From positions 1,980,001-2,012,000 of the forward strand of contig NZ_LT549890.1 of the NCBI RefSeq assembly GCF_900079115.1: 32,000 nt of DNA. Reading direction: 5' to 3'. This DNA comes from Saccharolobus solfataricus. Lineage in GTDB: Archaea; Thermoproteota; Thermoprotei_A; Sulfolobales; Sulfolobaceae. Below the pieces are notes generated by a model, which saw only the letters and a list, made by a program, of their open reading frames with translations, did not search any database and was not told the DNA's origin. Made by a program: the position numbers and the translations under genes. Numbering within the stretch: the first letter of the stretch is position 1; each line of letters starts with the position of its first letter. Below, piece by piece: positions 1-10,700 of the stretch.

Positions 1-918
1 GTTCACGCCATTATTGATAATTCTCCAAAACATATCTTAGAGGATATTGCTGATGTAGTCCACAAATATGACAAGATTGTAATAGCCGAGAGTGATTTAA
101 ATGATCCCAGAGTTGTTAATCCTAAAGAGAAGTGTGGATATAATATTGATGCCCAGTGGGTAGATGATTTTCATCATGCAATACATGCTTTCTTGACCGG
201 TGAGAGACAAGGTTATTATAGTGACTTTGGTAGTATAGGTGATATAGTTAAATCGTACAAAGATGTCTTCATATATGATGGGAAGTACTCGAACTTTAGA
301 AGAAAAACTCACGGAAAATCGGTCGGCGATCTAGATGGTTGTAAGTTCGTAGTTTATATACAAAATCACGATCAAGTTGGCAATAGGGGTGGAGGGGAAA
401 GATTAATTAAACTGGTTGATAAGGAGAGCTATAAGATCGCTGCAGCGCTTTACATACTTTCACCATATATTCCAATGATCTTTATGGGAGAGGAATACGG
501 TGAGGAAAATCCGTTTTACTACTTTTCCGACTTTTCTGATCCTAAACTAATACAAGGAGTTAGAGAGGGTAGAAGAAGAGAGAATGGACAAGAGACTGAT
601 CCACAGTCCGACTGCACATTTAACGATTCTAAGTTAAGCTGGAAGATAAATGACGATATTCTTTCATTTTACAAGAGTTTAATAAAAATAAGGAAAGAGT
701 ATGGTTTAGCTTGTAATAGAAAATTGAGTGTTGAAAATGGGAATTATTGGTTAACCGTGAAAGGAAATGGGTGTTTAGCTGTTTACGTGTTTTCCAAATC
801 TGTAATTGAAATGAAATATAGTGGGACTTTAGTTCTATCCTCCAATAGCTCTTTTCCATCACAAATTACAGAAAGTAAGTACGAATTAGATAAGGGATTT
901 GCTTTATATAAACTTTAG
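1..918 (+). CDS. treZ: maltooligosyltrehalose trehalohydrolase, C-terminal part (5' end lies outside the window)
   Basis: Frame 1 is open from base 1 ([60 protein letters not shown]). These are GH13-type conserved blocks. The ORF-track start at 193 is an internal TTG. Stop at 916-918. Adjacent to treX/treY. Confidence 0.9.
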   Translation, partial: VHAIIDNSPKHILEDIADVVHKYDKIVIAESDLNDPRVVNPKEKCGYNIDAQWVDDFHHAIHAFLTGERQGYYSDFGSIGDIVKSYKDVFIYDGKYSNFRRKTHGKSVGDLDGCKFVVYIQNHDQVGNRGGGERLIKLVDKESYKIAAALYILSPYIPMIFMGEEYGEENPFYYFSDFSDPKLIQGVREGRRRENGQETDPQSDCTFNDSKLSWKINDDILSFYKSLIKIRKEYGLACNRKLSVENGNYWLTVKGNGCLAVYVFSKSVIEMKYSGTLVLSSNSSFPSQITESKYELDKGFALYKL

Positions 919-1086
919 GGCAGGAGAGTTTAAAAATTCCTATAAATGATTATACTTTAGATGACAAGTAAAAATAAAATAGATGAGGAAGAGAGAAGGA
1001 GAAGAGAAGAAGTTAAAAGGTTAATAATGCTCTTAGCAATGTTAAGATAAGGTTTTTAAAAAACTAAATAATAGTTAAGTACAACT

Positions 1087-3243
1087 ATGGCATTATTCTT
1101 CAGAACTAGAGATAGGCCTCTTCGTCCCGGAGATCCATATCCATTAGGTTCGAATTGGATAGAAGATGATGATGGTGTGAATTTTTCATTATTCTCAGAA
1201 AATGCAGAAAAAGTCGAATTACTCCTTTACTCACTGACAAACCAAAAGTACCCAAAGGAGATAATAGAGGTTAAAAACAAAACGGGAGATATTTGGCACG
1301 TCTTCGTCCCGGGACTGAGACCCGGGCAACTTTACGCATATAGGGTTTATGGCCCATATAAACCGGAGTTGGGATTAAGGTTTAATCCAAATAAGGTTTT
1401 AATAGACCCTTATGCTAAAGCCATAAACGGTAGTGTAATTTGGAACGACGCGGTATTTGGTTATAAGATAGGAGATCAAAATCAAGATTTGACCTATGAC
1501 GAGAGGGATTCCGGCGAATATGTTCCTAAAAGTGTTGTGATTAATCCATACTTTGAGTGGGACGATGAGGATTTCATTAAGGGAAAGAAAGTTCCATTAA
1601 AGGATACAGTAATTTACGAAGTTCACGTAAAAGGGTTTACAAAACTTAGGTTGGATTTGCCGGAAAACATAAGGGGAACTTATGAAGGTCTTGCCTCAGA
1701 ACAAATGATCAGCTATCTCAAAGATCTAGGGATTACTACTGTGGAACTAATGCCAGTTTTCCATTTTATCGATCAAAGATTTCTGACAGATAAGGGGCTA
1801 ACGAATTACTGGGGGTATGACCCAATAAATTTCTTCTCTCCTGAATGTAGATATTCCAGTACTGGCTGTTTAGGAGGGCAAGTATTAAGTTTCAAAAAAA
1901 TGGTAAACGAATTACATAACGCAGGAATTGAGGTTATAATCGATGTAGTTTATAATCACACTGCTGAGGGGAATCATTTAGGCCCAACGTTAAGTTTCAG
2001 AGGTATTGATAATACAGCATATTACATGCTCCAACCAGATAATAAAAGATATTATTTAGACTTTACCGGAACTGGCAATACGTTAAATCTTAGCCATCCT
2101 AGAGTCATCCAGATGGTCTTAGATAGCTTAAGATATTGGGTTACAGAGATGCACGTAGATGGCTTTAGATTTGACTTAGCAGCAGCTTTAGCCAGGGAAT
2201 TATACAGCGTTAATATGTTAAATACGTTCTTCATTGCTCTACAGCAAGACCCAATATTGTCACAAGTAAAACTGATAGCTGAGCCTTGGGATGTGGGACA
2301 AGGGGGATATCAAGTAGGGAATTTCCCATATCAATGGGCAGAGTGGAATGGAAAGTATAGGGATTCGATAAGGAGATTTTGGAGAGGAGAAGCGTTACCC
2401 TATAGCGAGATTGCTAACAGATTATTAGGCTCGCCGGACATTTACTTAGGTAATAATAAAACACCATTTGCCAGTATAAATTACGTAACTTCTCATGATG
2501 GTTTCACATTAGAGGATTTAGTCAGTTATAATCAAAAACACAATGAAGCGAATGGATTTAACAATCAAGATGGAATGAACGAGAACTATAGTTGGAATTG
2601 TGGTGCAGAAGGACCAACAAATGACCAAAACGTGGTAATATGCAGGGAGAAACAAAAAAGGAACTTTATGATAACGTTACTCGTTAGTCAAGGAACCCCT
2701 ATGATATTGGGAGGAGATGAGCTAAGCAGGACACAAAGAGGAAATAATAACGCGTTTTGTCAAGACAACGAGATAACTTGGTTTGATTGGAATTTAGATG
2801 AGAGAAAATCAAAATTTTTAGAGTTTGTTAAAAAGATGATCCAATTTTATAGGGCACATCCAGCATTCAGAAGGGAAAGATATTTTCAAGGAAAGAAATT
2901 ATTCGGCATGCCGTTAAAAGATGTGACCTTCTATACTCTAGAAGGTAGGGAAGTTGATGAGAAAACATGGAGTTCCCCGACGCAACTAGTTATTTTCGTG
3001 TTGGAGGGAAGTGTTATGGACGAGATTAATATGTATGGAGAGAGAATTGCTGATGATTCCTTCTTAATAATACTTAACGCAAATCCCAATAACGTAAAGG
3101 TGAAATTCCCAAAAGGTAAATGGGAACTAGTTATCAGTTCTTATTTGAGAGAAATAAAACCAGAAGAGAGAATCATAGAAGGTGAGAAGGAACTGGAAAT
3201 AGAGGGAAGGACGGCATTAGTTTATAGGAGGATAGAATTATGA
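1087..3243 (+). CDS. treX: glycogen debranching enzyme / isoamylase-type GH13 (TreX)
   Basis: 718 aa with GH13 blocks DVVYNHT, GFRFDLA, EPWD and SHDGFTL plus an N-terminal CBM48-like region. ATGA start/stop overlap with treY. Confidence 0.93.
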   Translation: MALFFRTRDRPLRPGDPYPLGSNWIEDDDGVNFSLFSENAEKVELLLYSLTNQKYPKEIIEVKNKTGDIWHVFVPGLRPGQLYAYRVYGPYKPELGLRFNPNKVLIDPYAKAINGSVIWNDAVFGYKIGDQNQDLTYDERDSGEYVPKSVVINPYFEWDDEDFIKGKKVPLKDTVIYEVHVKGFTKLRLDLPENIRGTYEGLASEQMISYLKDLGITTVELMPVFHFIDQRFLTDKGLTNYWGYDPINFFSPECRYSSTGCLGGQVLSFKKMVNELHNAGIEVIIDVVYNHTAEGNHLGPTLSFRGIDNTAYYMLQPDNKRYYLDFTGTGNTLNLSHPRVIQMVLDSLRYWVTEMHVDGFRFDLAAALARELYSVNMLNTFFIALQQDPILSQVKLIAEPWDVGQGGYQVGNFPYQWAEWNGKYRDSIRRFWRGEALPYSEIANRLLGSPDIYLGNNKTPFASINYVTSHDGFTLEDLVSYNQKHNEANGFNNQDGMNENYSWNCGAEGPTNDQNVVICREKQKRNFMITLLVSQGTPMILGGDELSRTQRGNNNAFCQDNEITWFDWNLDERKSKFLEFVKKMIQFYRAHPAFRRERYFQGKKLFGMPLKDVTFYTLEGREVDEKTWSSPTQLVIFVLEGSVMDEINMYGERIADDSFLIILNANPNNVKVKFPKGKWELVISSYLREIKPEERIIEGEKELEIEGRTALVYRRIEL

Positions 3244-5438
3244 TAATAGGTACGTATAGGCTACAGCTCAATAAGAAATTCACTTTTTATGATGTAATAG
3301 AAAATTTGGATTATTTTAAAGAATTAGGAGTATCACATCTATACCTATCTCCAATACTTAAGGCTAGGCCAGGGAGTGCTCACGGTTACGATGTAGTAGA
3401 CCATAGTGAAATTAATGAGGAATTAGGAGGGAAAGAGGGATATTTTACACTAGTCAAGGAAGCTAAGAGTAGAGGTTTAGGAATCATACAAGATATAGTG
3501 CCAAATCACATGGCAATACATCATACTAATTGGAGGCTTATGGATCTACTAAAGAATTGGAAAAATAGTAAATATTACAACTATTTTGATCATTATGATG
3601 ATAACAAAATAATCCTTCCAATTCTTGAGGACGAGTTGGATACCGTTATAGATAAGGGATTGATAAAAGTACAAAAGGATAAAATAGAGTATAGGGGATT
3701 CATATTACCAATAAATGATGAAGGAGTCGAGTTCTTGAAAAAAATTAATTGCTTTGATAATTCATGTTTAAAGAAAGAGGATATAAAGAAATTACTATTA
3801 ATGCAATACTATAGGTTAACTTACTGGAAAAAAGATTACCCAAATTATAGGAGATTTTTCGCGGTAAATGATTTGATAGCTGTTAGAGTAGAGTTGGATG
3901 AAGTATTTAGAGAGTCCCATGAGATAATTGGCAAGCTACTTGTTGACGGTTTAAGAATTGACCACATAGATGGACTATATAACCCTAAGGAGTATTTAGA
4001 TAAGCTAAGACAGTTAGTAGGAAATGATAAGATAATATACGTAGAGAAGATATTATCAATCAACGAGAAATTAAGAGATGATTGGAAAGTAGATGGTACT
4101 ACTGGATATGATTTCCTGAACTACGTTAATATGCTATTAGTAGATGGAAGTGGTGAGGAGGAGTTAACTAAGTTTTATGAGAATTTCATTGGAAGAAAAA
4201 TCAATATAGACGAGTTAATAATACAAAGTAAAAAGTTAGTTGCAAATCAGTTGTTTAAAGGTGATATTGAAAGATTAAGCAAGTTACTGAACGTTAATTA
4301 CGATTATTTAGTAGATTTTCTAGCATGTATGAAAAAATACAGGACGTATTTACCATATGAGGATATTAACGGAATAAGGGAATGCGATAAGGAGGGAAAG
4401 TTAAAAGATGAAAAGGGAATCATGAGACTCCAACAATACATGCCAGCAATCTTCGCTAAGGGCTATGAGGATACTACCCTCTTCATCTACAATAGATTAA
4501 TTTCCCTTAACGAGGTTGGGAGCGACCTAAGAAGATTCAGTTTAAGCATAGACGATTTTCATAACTTTAACCAAAGCAGAGTAAATACCATTTCAATGAA
4601 CACTCTCTCTACGCATGATACTAAGTTCAGTGAAGACGTTAGAGCTAGAATATCAGTACTATCTGAGATACCAAAGGAGTGGGAGGAGAGGGTAATATAC
4701 TGGCATGATTTGTTAAGGCCAAATATAGATAAAAATGACGAGTATAGATTTTATCAAACACTTGTAGGAAGTTACGAGGGATTTGATAATAAGGAGAGAA
4801 TTAAGAACCACATGATTAAGGTCATAAGAGAAGCTAAGGTACATACAACGTGGGAAAATCCTAATATAGAGTATGAAAATAAAGTTTTGGATTTCATAGA
4901 TGAAGCGTTCGAGAACAGTAATTTTAGAAATGATTTTGAAAGTTTTGAAAAGAAAATAGTTTATTTCGGTTATATGAAATCATTAGTTGCAACGACACTT
5001 AAATTCCTTTCGCCTGGTGTACCAGATATTTATCAAGGAACTGAAGTTTGGAGATTCTTACTTACAGACCCAGATAACAGAATGCCGGTGGATTTCAAGA
5101 AACTAAGGGAATTATTAAATAATTTGACTGAAAAGAACTTAGAACTCTCAGATCCAAGAGTCAAAATGTTATATGTTAAGAAATTGCTACAACTTAGAAG
5201 AGAGTACTCACTAAACGATTATAAACCATTACCCTTTGGCTTCCAAAGGGGAAAAGTAACTGTCCTTTTCTCACCAATAGTGACTAGGGAGGTTAAAGAG
5301 AAGATTAGTATAAGGCAAAAAAGCGTTGATTGGATCAGAAATGAGGAAATTAGTAGTGGAGTATACAATTTAAGTGAGTTGATTGGGGAGCATAGAGTCG
5401 TTATATTAACTGAAAAAGTGGGTGAACTACCTATATAG
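3240..5438 (+). CDS. treY: maltooligosyl trehalose synthase
   Basis: 732 aa. N-terminus (TYRLQLNKKFTF..LGVSHLYLSPILKARPGSAHGYDVVDH), DIVPNHM and GLRIDHIDGL are typical of TreY. Its ATG overlaps the treX stop (3240-3243 ATGA). Confidence 0.93.
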   Translation: MIIGTYRLQLNKKFTFYDVIENLDYFKELGVSHLYLSPILKARPGSAHGYDVVDHSEINEELGGKEGYFTLVKEAKSRGLGIIQDIVPNHMAIHHTNWRLMDLLKNWKNSKYYNYFDHYDDNKIILPILEDELDTVIDKGLIKVQKDKIEYRGFILPINDEGVEFLKKINCFDNSCLKKEDIKKLLLMQYYRLTYWKKDYPNYRRFFAVNDLIAVRVELDEVFRESHEIIGKLLVDGLRIDHIDGLYNPKEYLDKLRQLVGNDKIIYVEKILSINEKLRDDWKVDGTTGYDFLNYVNMLLVDGSGEEELTKFYENFIGRKINIDELIIQSKKLVANQLFKGDIERLSKLLNVNYDYLVDFLACMKKYRTYLPYEDINGIRECDKEGKLKDEKGIMRLQQYMPAIFAKGYEDTTLFIYNRLISLNEVGSDLRRFSLSIDDFHNFNQSRVNTISMNTLSTHDTKFSEDVRARISVLSEIPKEWEERVIYWHDLLRPNIDKNDEYRFYQTLVGSYEGFDNKERIKNHMIKVIREAKVHTTWENPNIEYENKVLDFIDEAFENSNFRNDFESFEKKIVYFGYMKSLVATTLKFLSPGVPDIYQGTEVWRFLLTDPDNRMPVDFKKLRELLNNLTEKNLELSDPRVKMLYVKKLLQLRREYSLNDYKPLPFGFQRGKVTVLFSPIVTREVKEKISIRQKSVDWIRNEEISSGVYNLSELIGEHRVVILTEKVGELPI

Positions 5439-5470
5439 ATTTATTCCTGAACTACTCTTGTCAGATATGC

Positions 5471-5490
5471 ATTACTCAGATCTGAGTAAT
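5471..5490. terminator. perfect 20-bp palindrome about 30 nt after the treY stop, followed by a T-rich tract
   Basis: attactcaga/tctgagtaat is an exact reverse complement, followed by atgtttta. A terminator role is only a guess. Confidence 0.3.
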
Positions 5491-5504
5491 ATGTTTTATA
5501 TAAG

Positions 5505-5830
5505 AGATGAAGCATGTGATTCCTCTGGGCCATTTAGGTTTCCATTACAAATTCACTATATTTTCATGAATTATGATAAATTTAACTGAGTAAAAACGGT
5601 TAATAAAGGGAATTCATGCTTAATCGCGTCATGGTGTCATTATTAAGCTATAAATTTTCTTTCTAATATTCAAACGTATATTAAGTATATCAGTTTAACG
5701 TCTTCTCCTCATGAAGATCATTTAACCTAATTAATTTGTAGCTCAGTGATTACACTATGAATCGCGTTAACACATTTATACTTATACTGTTTATAAATTA
5801 CAATTCGCAACGGATCCAGGAGTCCTCCAA
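5505..5830 (+). repeat. AT-rich non-coding repeat block, copy 1 (interrupted by a 131-bp MITE); copy 2 is at 23818-24015
   Basis: By-eye alignment: atgaagcatgtgattcctctgggccatttaggtttccattacaaattcac... here versus atgaagtatgagtttctaagggccattcaagttttcattgcaaattcat... at 23821. Colinear through ..aatggatcc. Confidence 0.6.
5629..5759. mobile_element. about 131-bp MITE with imperfect terminal IRs and a 7-8 bp target duplication
   Basis: aatcgcg occurs at 5622-5628 and again at 5760-5766. The uninterrupted paralogous repeat at 23940-23955 has a single aatcgtg. Ends are tcatggtgtcat.. and ..attacactatga. The size is compatible with the SM-type MITEs described for S. solfataricus (recollection). 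Confidence 0.6.
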
Positions 5831-5915
5831 ATGACGTTTTGCATGCCTCAATCAAGCTGAGGAGCACCATTAACATTACTAAGAAATATTTTGAAAAAAG
5901 AGGTGTTTAAATATA

Positions 5916-6161
5916 GGACTATCCATCCCATAGGGGTTTGGGCTTCATAGGATTTCATGATATTTCATCTCAATCCTCAGCCCTTGGGCTTCACCAAAGT
6001 CACGGACGTTCATCCCTCTCCGCCCCATTAGCGGAATAACCCCAACCCACACCCGTGAACGGATGTGAGGAAATCCGCACATCCTGTATCTCAACACCAG
6101 CCTTTCGGGATACGAACCCACATTTGGTGGTGCGTCATCAGATTATATTATATGTGTTTTT
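5916..6161 (+). ncRNA. candidate structured RNA / GC-rich repeat family, copy a
   Basis: TATA-like tttaaatata at 5906-5915 lies directly 5' of it. The body is GC-rich with perfect local stems, e.g. ggatgtg(6061-6067)/cacatcc(6078-6084). A T5 run follows at 6157-6161. The 5' part aligns with 19421-19470 and 26220-26260. The overlapping 72-aa ORF (6055-6273) looks non-coding. Confidence 0.3.
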
Positions 6162-6177
6162 CATATTATCCTATATA

Positions 6178-6211
6178 AACTTTACGGTTTATCGGAAACC
6201 GTTGGCAACGG
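6178..6211 (+). repeat. 34-nt double-hairpin boundary motif, copy a
   Basis: AACTTTACGGTTTATCGGAAACCGTTGGCAACGG. Stems ACGGTTT/AAACCGT and CCGTTG/CAACGG. 32/34 identical to the reverse complement of 22002-22035 and 29/34 to 20897-20930. Confidence 0.7.
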
Positions 6212-6262
6212 TGAATTTTCCGCCGCCCCCAACTTTACAGAAATTACATTATCATGTGTATG

Positions 6263-6400
6263 TGCTTAGTTGATCTGTTGGATATTTTTACACTAAACCA
6301 CTATTATCTTCATTTCAATTAATCTCAAGGTCTACAATTTAGGCTTGTGAGATATCTTAAACGTTTGCTAAAAATTCAACAAGTCCACAAAGCAATGTGT
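6263..6400 (+). repeat. about 138-bp repeat upstream of vapBC (second copy at 22958-23095)
   Basis: tgcttagttgatctgttggatattttta..ttcaattaatctca..aaaattcaa.aa.tcca.aaagca aligns colinearly with 22958-23095. Roughly three quarters identical by eye. Confidence 0.6.
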
Positions 6401-6440
6401 ATGATAAACTTTATATAATCATGTAATTATATAACTATGT

Positions 6441-6668
6441 GTGAAGTCAACAATAACTGTCAGTAAAAAAGTCAAGGAAGTCCTTGAGAGGAAGAAGAAG
6501 GAAATGGAAATTAAGTTAAACAAACCGTTAAGTTGGGACGAATTTTTCCAGAACATATTTAGAGAGGAAGAGGAGAGAATACCGAAATTAACTGAGGAAG
6601 AGGCTGAAATTCTTAAGGATTTGACTAAGGAGGATAGGAAGAATTGGAGAATAAGAGAATTTGTTTAG
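6441..6668 (+). CDS. vapB: VapB-type antitoxin (archaeal putative-antitoxin family, formerly DUF217-like)
   Basis: 75 aa with a GTG start (MKSTITVSKKVKEVLERKK..LSWDEFF). Overlaps the downstream PIN gene. TATA-like ctttatataa at 6409-6418 lies about 25 nt upstream, suggesting a leaderless mRNA. Confidence 0.7.
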   Translation: MKSTITVSKKVKEVLERKKKEMEIKLNKPLSWDEFFQNIFREEEERIPKLTEEEAEILKDLTKEDRKNWRIREFV

Positions 6669-7015
6669 ATACGGATGTACTTATAGATGCTTTTAGAAAT
6701 GATATTAAGAAATTCATAGGTTATTACACTACCTGTATTAATCTTTATGAATTCTTGAGAGGATTAGCCTTTATTGGGAAAAATATAGATGAGTTCAAAT
6801 CGTGGATAGAACTTAACCTTAACGTAGTATGTATTGATAATAACTCCCTAAAAACTGCTTCAAGAATTTACGCAGAACTTAGAAAGATGGGAGAAATAAT
6901 TGAAGATCCAGATTTATTAATAGCTTCGATATGCATAGCTAATGACTTCTCTCTAATGACACATAATAAGAAACATTTTAAAAGATTAGAGAAATACGGC
7001 TTAAAACTAATTTAG
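6644..7015 (+). CDS. vapC: PIN-domain toxin VapC
   Basis: 123 aa. ICLDTDVLID (first acidic residue), YEFLRG, and DLLIASICIAN (later acidic residue). TTG start overlaps vapB by 25 nt. Confidence 0.85.
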   Translation: MENKRICLDTDVLIDAFRNDIKKFIGYYTTCINLYEFLRGLAFIGKNIDEFKSWIELNLNVVCIDNNSLKTASRIYAELRKMGEIIEDPDLLIASICIANDFSLMTHNKKHFKRLEKYGLKLI

Positions 7016-7763
7016 ACAAGCGTTTTTAAAACATATTAAACATATTTATTACAGAAACTAGAGAATATAGTGTAAATTTGCTTTACTGTTAAATTCACTA
7101 AAAATTCACATTTGAGTGTATACCTAACTAAAGAATAGCAGAACAAAGTTTGCCTGGTTGGTTTTTGACAAATCTCTCTGCAAAACAGTAAAGCTATCTC
7201 GATATTACTTGATGAATACAGATTATGTCATTCTTTATAGTTTGATATAATGTATAATTATATAATATAAAACATTTGAATTATGATCATTTCTCAATTT
7301 TACTCAGATCGCCAACGCCTCTCAGTGCTGGAGAGAGTAAATGAAGAGTGGAATAAATATCTCAATACACTAGGCGAAACAATCAACGGACTCATAGTAA
7401 TCATCATAGATGAAACCTTCAACAACAGAAATACGCCAGAATCAAGAATGGATTAAGCAAACGAGGAAACTACAAGATCCGATATCAAACCAGCGAAACC
7501 TTCCAATACGGAGTATAATTCCTAACATAACAATCTACGACTTGAACATTAGATAAAGCCTACGTGGTAAGAGCCTTTTTATACGTCACAAGGAAAATGC
7601 TTAAGAAGTGGAGGTAAATGAGTTGCAAGCCAAGATCTGGATGGCTTCCACTATTACTGCTTTGAATATTAAAGCGTAAACTCGGGAAAAGCGTCGAAAT
7701 AAATATTGAGCAAGCCGACAAAGTATTGGGGAACATAAGGTCTTTATATTAACTAAAAAGTGG

Positions 7764-10700
7764 TTAAAGTTGTTTTAATGCCAACTCTATTGCCGTATCT
7801 AATTGAGTATCCCTATTATTTACATAATCATCTGGCTTAATCTCAACAACTATATCTGGGTCTACTCCGTAATTCTCAATACCAAAACCTACATCCTCGA
7901 AGTTAACAGCAAACTCTGGTTGACTAATATAAGTTTTATCCACTAATCTATATCTAGGTCTTATACCGACAACACCTCCCCACGTTCTTCTACCAATAAG
8001 TACTCCTAGCTTGTACTTCTTGAACAAGAATGAAAAGATATCGCCATCGGACCCAGCATGCTCATTAGTTATTCCCACTAAAACCTTAGGAGAAGAGAAA
8101 TAAGGCATAGGTATTGGTTTTCCATTTCTAGGATAATCATAGCCAACTCTTTTCAAGAGTAGCTTCTCTAAGAGTAAACCTGAGACAAAGCCACCCCTAT
8201 TAAACCTAACGTCAACTACTAGCCCTTCTCTGTGGAATTCAGACATGAAAAGTCTGTAAAACTCAGCGAATCCTTGATACATCATATCTGGTATGTGAAT
8301 ATATCCTAATCTACCCTTGCTCTTCTCGTGAACATATTCCCTATTCTTCTCAACCCAATACCTATATATTAAGAACCTTTCATCTTTTAATACTTTAACC
8401 GTGACGCGTTTATTCTTACCGTCAGCAGTTATTACGTCAAGAATAACTTGATCCTTATTTATTAGATGAGAGTAAATGTTACCATTTGCATCTTCCCCGT
8501 CAATATTTTTTATACAATCTCCAACATTCAATTGAACACCAGGATCCCGTAATGGACTTCTCTCATTCTCATTGGTAGAATCCCCAACATAAATCTTTGT
8601 AATTTTGTAACATTTATTGCTCTCATCATACTCAAACTCAGCACCTAAACCACCAACTGACAACGGCTCCGGAGTATCGTAATCGTAAGCTGTTTCGTAG
8701 GAATGAGAAGTCCTAGTCTCGCCTTGCATCTCTTGAATTACATCAGAAAGCTCAAATCTAGTACTTATCCTATCTAAAAGTCTCTCGTATTTGGGTAAGA
8801 TAGAGTCCCAATTCTTTAATCTCTCCTCATTCCAATAATTCTGCTTCATCAACTTCCACGTTTCCCTAAGCATTTGCCTCCATTCCTTCTCCGGCTCAAC
8901 ATAAACCTTAACTCTAGATAAATCTATTACCCCACCTTTTCTTCCAGTTGAGTTAAAATCTGGTTTTACATTAACATCAAATAGCCTTAGACTATCCTTA
9001 AGTATTAAAAGTATTTTACTTTTATCGCTAGACAAAGAGAAGCTTGAAACGTTATCTGCATATAACTCCTTCGCCTTATTCTCTAGATCATAAACCTCTA
9101 ACCTACCAAACACATCTCCAGTTTGTGATCTAAGCCCCCTTATTGGATAGGAAAATAGGAAGATCTTGTTGTTCTTAGCTCCAGCTATTTGCACGTAATT
9201 TTCCTCTTCAATCGGGAATGGAACTACCCTATCTTCGATTCCCTCAATTATGACGTTTTTGTCGTTGCTATTAGCCTCATCTAATGGTTGGTTAAATGGG
9301 GAATAATAATTTCCTAAAACTACTAGGTATGGCTTAACAACCCTCTGGAAACTTAAATTAAATATTACCTTATCGTTAGTTGGGTCCAAATGCCTAGCAG
9401 CCAAGAAGTATAAATATCTACCATCTGGGTCAAATGATGGTGAAAAGTCATATCCATAGGGAGTCGTTATCCTAACAACCTTCCCATCAATGTGGGCAAG
9501 CTTTATTGATTGAGTATAATAGCCTTCTGGAAAAGCGTAAGCAAACCACTCAGCATTTGGATGCCAATCAAACTCTAAAATTAAGTCGTACTCGCTCTTA
9601 TCTATTAATCTAGCGTTATCATTATCAATCTCGTAAACCCATAATTCAAGTTTATTGTTAGATAATAATACTTTCTTACCATCTGGAGAAACCTTAACTC
9701 TCTCTATTCTACTAAAATCCTTGTTTATAACCTTCTCACTACCGTCCTTACCTAAGATTACCAATTTGTCCTCATCGTTTACTCCTATCACGTCACCATT
9801 AGGCAAAACTTGAATCTGCCTATATTTTACACCTTGTTTCTTACCCAATTGAACTGAAGGACCATCCCATGGTCTCATTAAAAATACCTTGCCCCTACTT
9901 ACTAATGCTATATAGTTACCATTTACAACAGCTTCGTTCATGTACTCCATTACATTAACGAATTTTGGTTGCTTCTTCTTCCTATCGGTAGGTAAGTTAA
10001 TATCCAGTTTAGTTAAGCTGTCCTTTTCTGGATCGTACAAATATATGTCTCCAGCGTTTTGAAAAACAATTCTCTTACCATCACTACTGGCATTCCTACA
10101 ATAATAATCAGTGAAATTAGTATGTCTCCTTAAATCCTTACCTTTTAAATCAACTGAATAAAGATTACCAACTCCCTCGTGATCAGATAAAAAGTAAACC
10201 CTTTCTCTAACTATCATAGGCCAGCTAACGTTACCATCTAAACTAACAAACTTCTCAAAGGTTTTACCACCATCGCTGGAAATCCATAATTCACCCTTAG
10301 TTCCACCCTTATACCCTTTCCAGTTTGGTAAGTCTTGATAACCCCTTGCAATTACTATTATATCATCCTTTATTACAATATTGGATAACATGCCGAAAGG
10401 CAATTTCTCTGTCTTTCCGTTATTTACATTTACCTTATACGCCTCAGTCCATTGAATAAAAGGAGTGTGAAAGTCAGTTATTACAATAATCTCGTCCTCA
10501 GAAATCCAACCAGCAACCCTACTATTCCTACTACCAAAATAGGTAACCCTCCTAGCTTGCCCGTCTTCAACAACGTAGATATCTCCACCTTGCTTACCGC
10601 TCTTAAGCCAAATAACAGAAAACGCCACTTTTCTACCACTTGGACTTATTTTAGGCCTAGTGGAAACTCCTAAACCACTTGTTATCCTAAGCGGTTTCAT

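Noticed and set aside
961-1050. 29-codon ORF (MTSKNKIDEEERRRREEVKRLIMLLAMLR) between treZ and treX.
   Set aside because: It is too short and low-complexity to support. It may just be the treX promoter region.
6055-6273. 72-aa ORF across GC-rich repeat copy a.
   Set aside because: It is low-complexity and proline-rich and spans a repeat whose other copies do not keep the frame. Its tail is just the 34-nt motif. It is better explained as non-coding.
7283-7760. Protein-like fragments in several frames (MIISQFYSDRQRLSVLERVNEEWNKYLNTLGETINGLIVIIIDETFNN..), possibly a decayed DDE transposase.
   Set aside because: Stops occur every 20-60 codons, no terminal repeats were found, and I cannot assign a family from the fragments.
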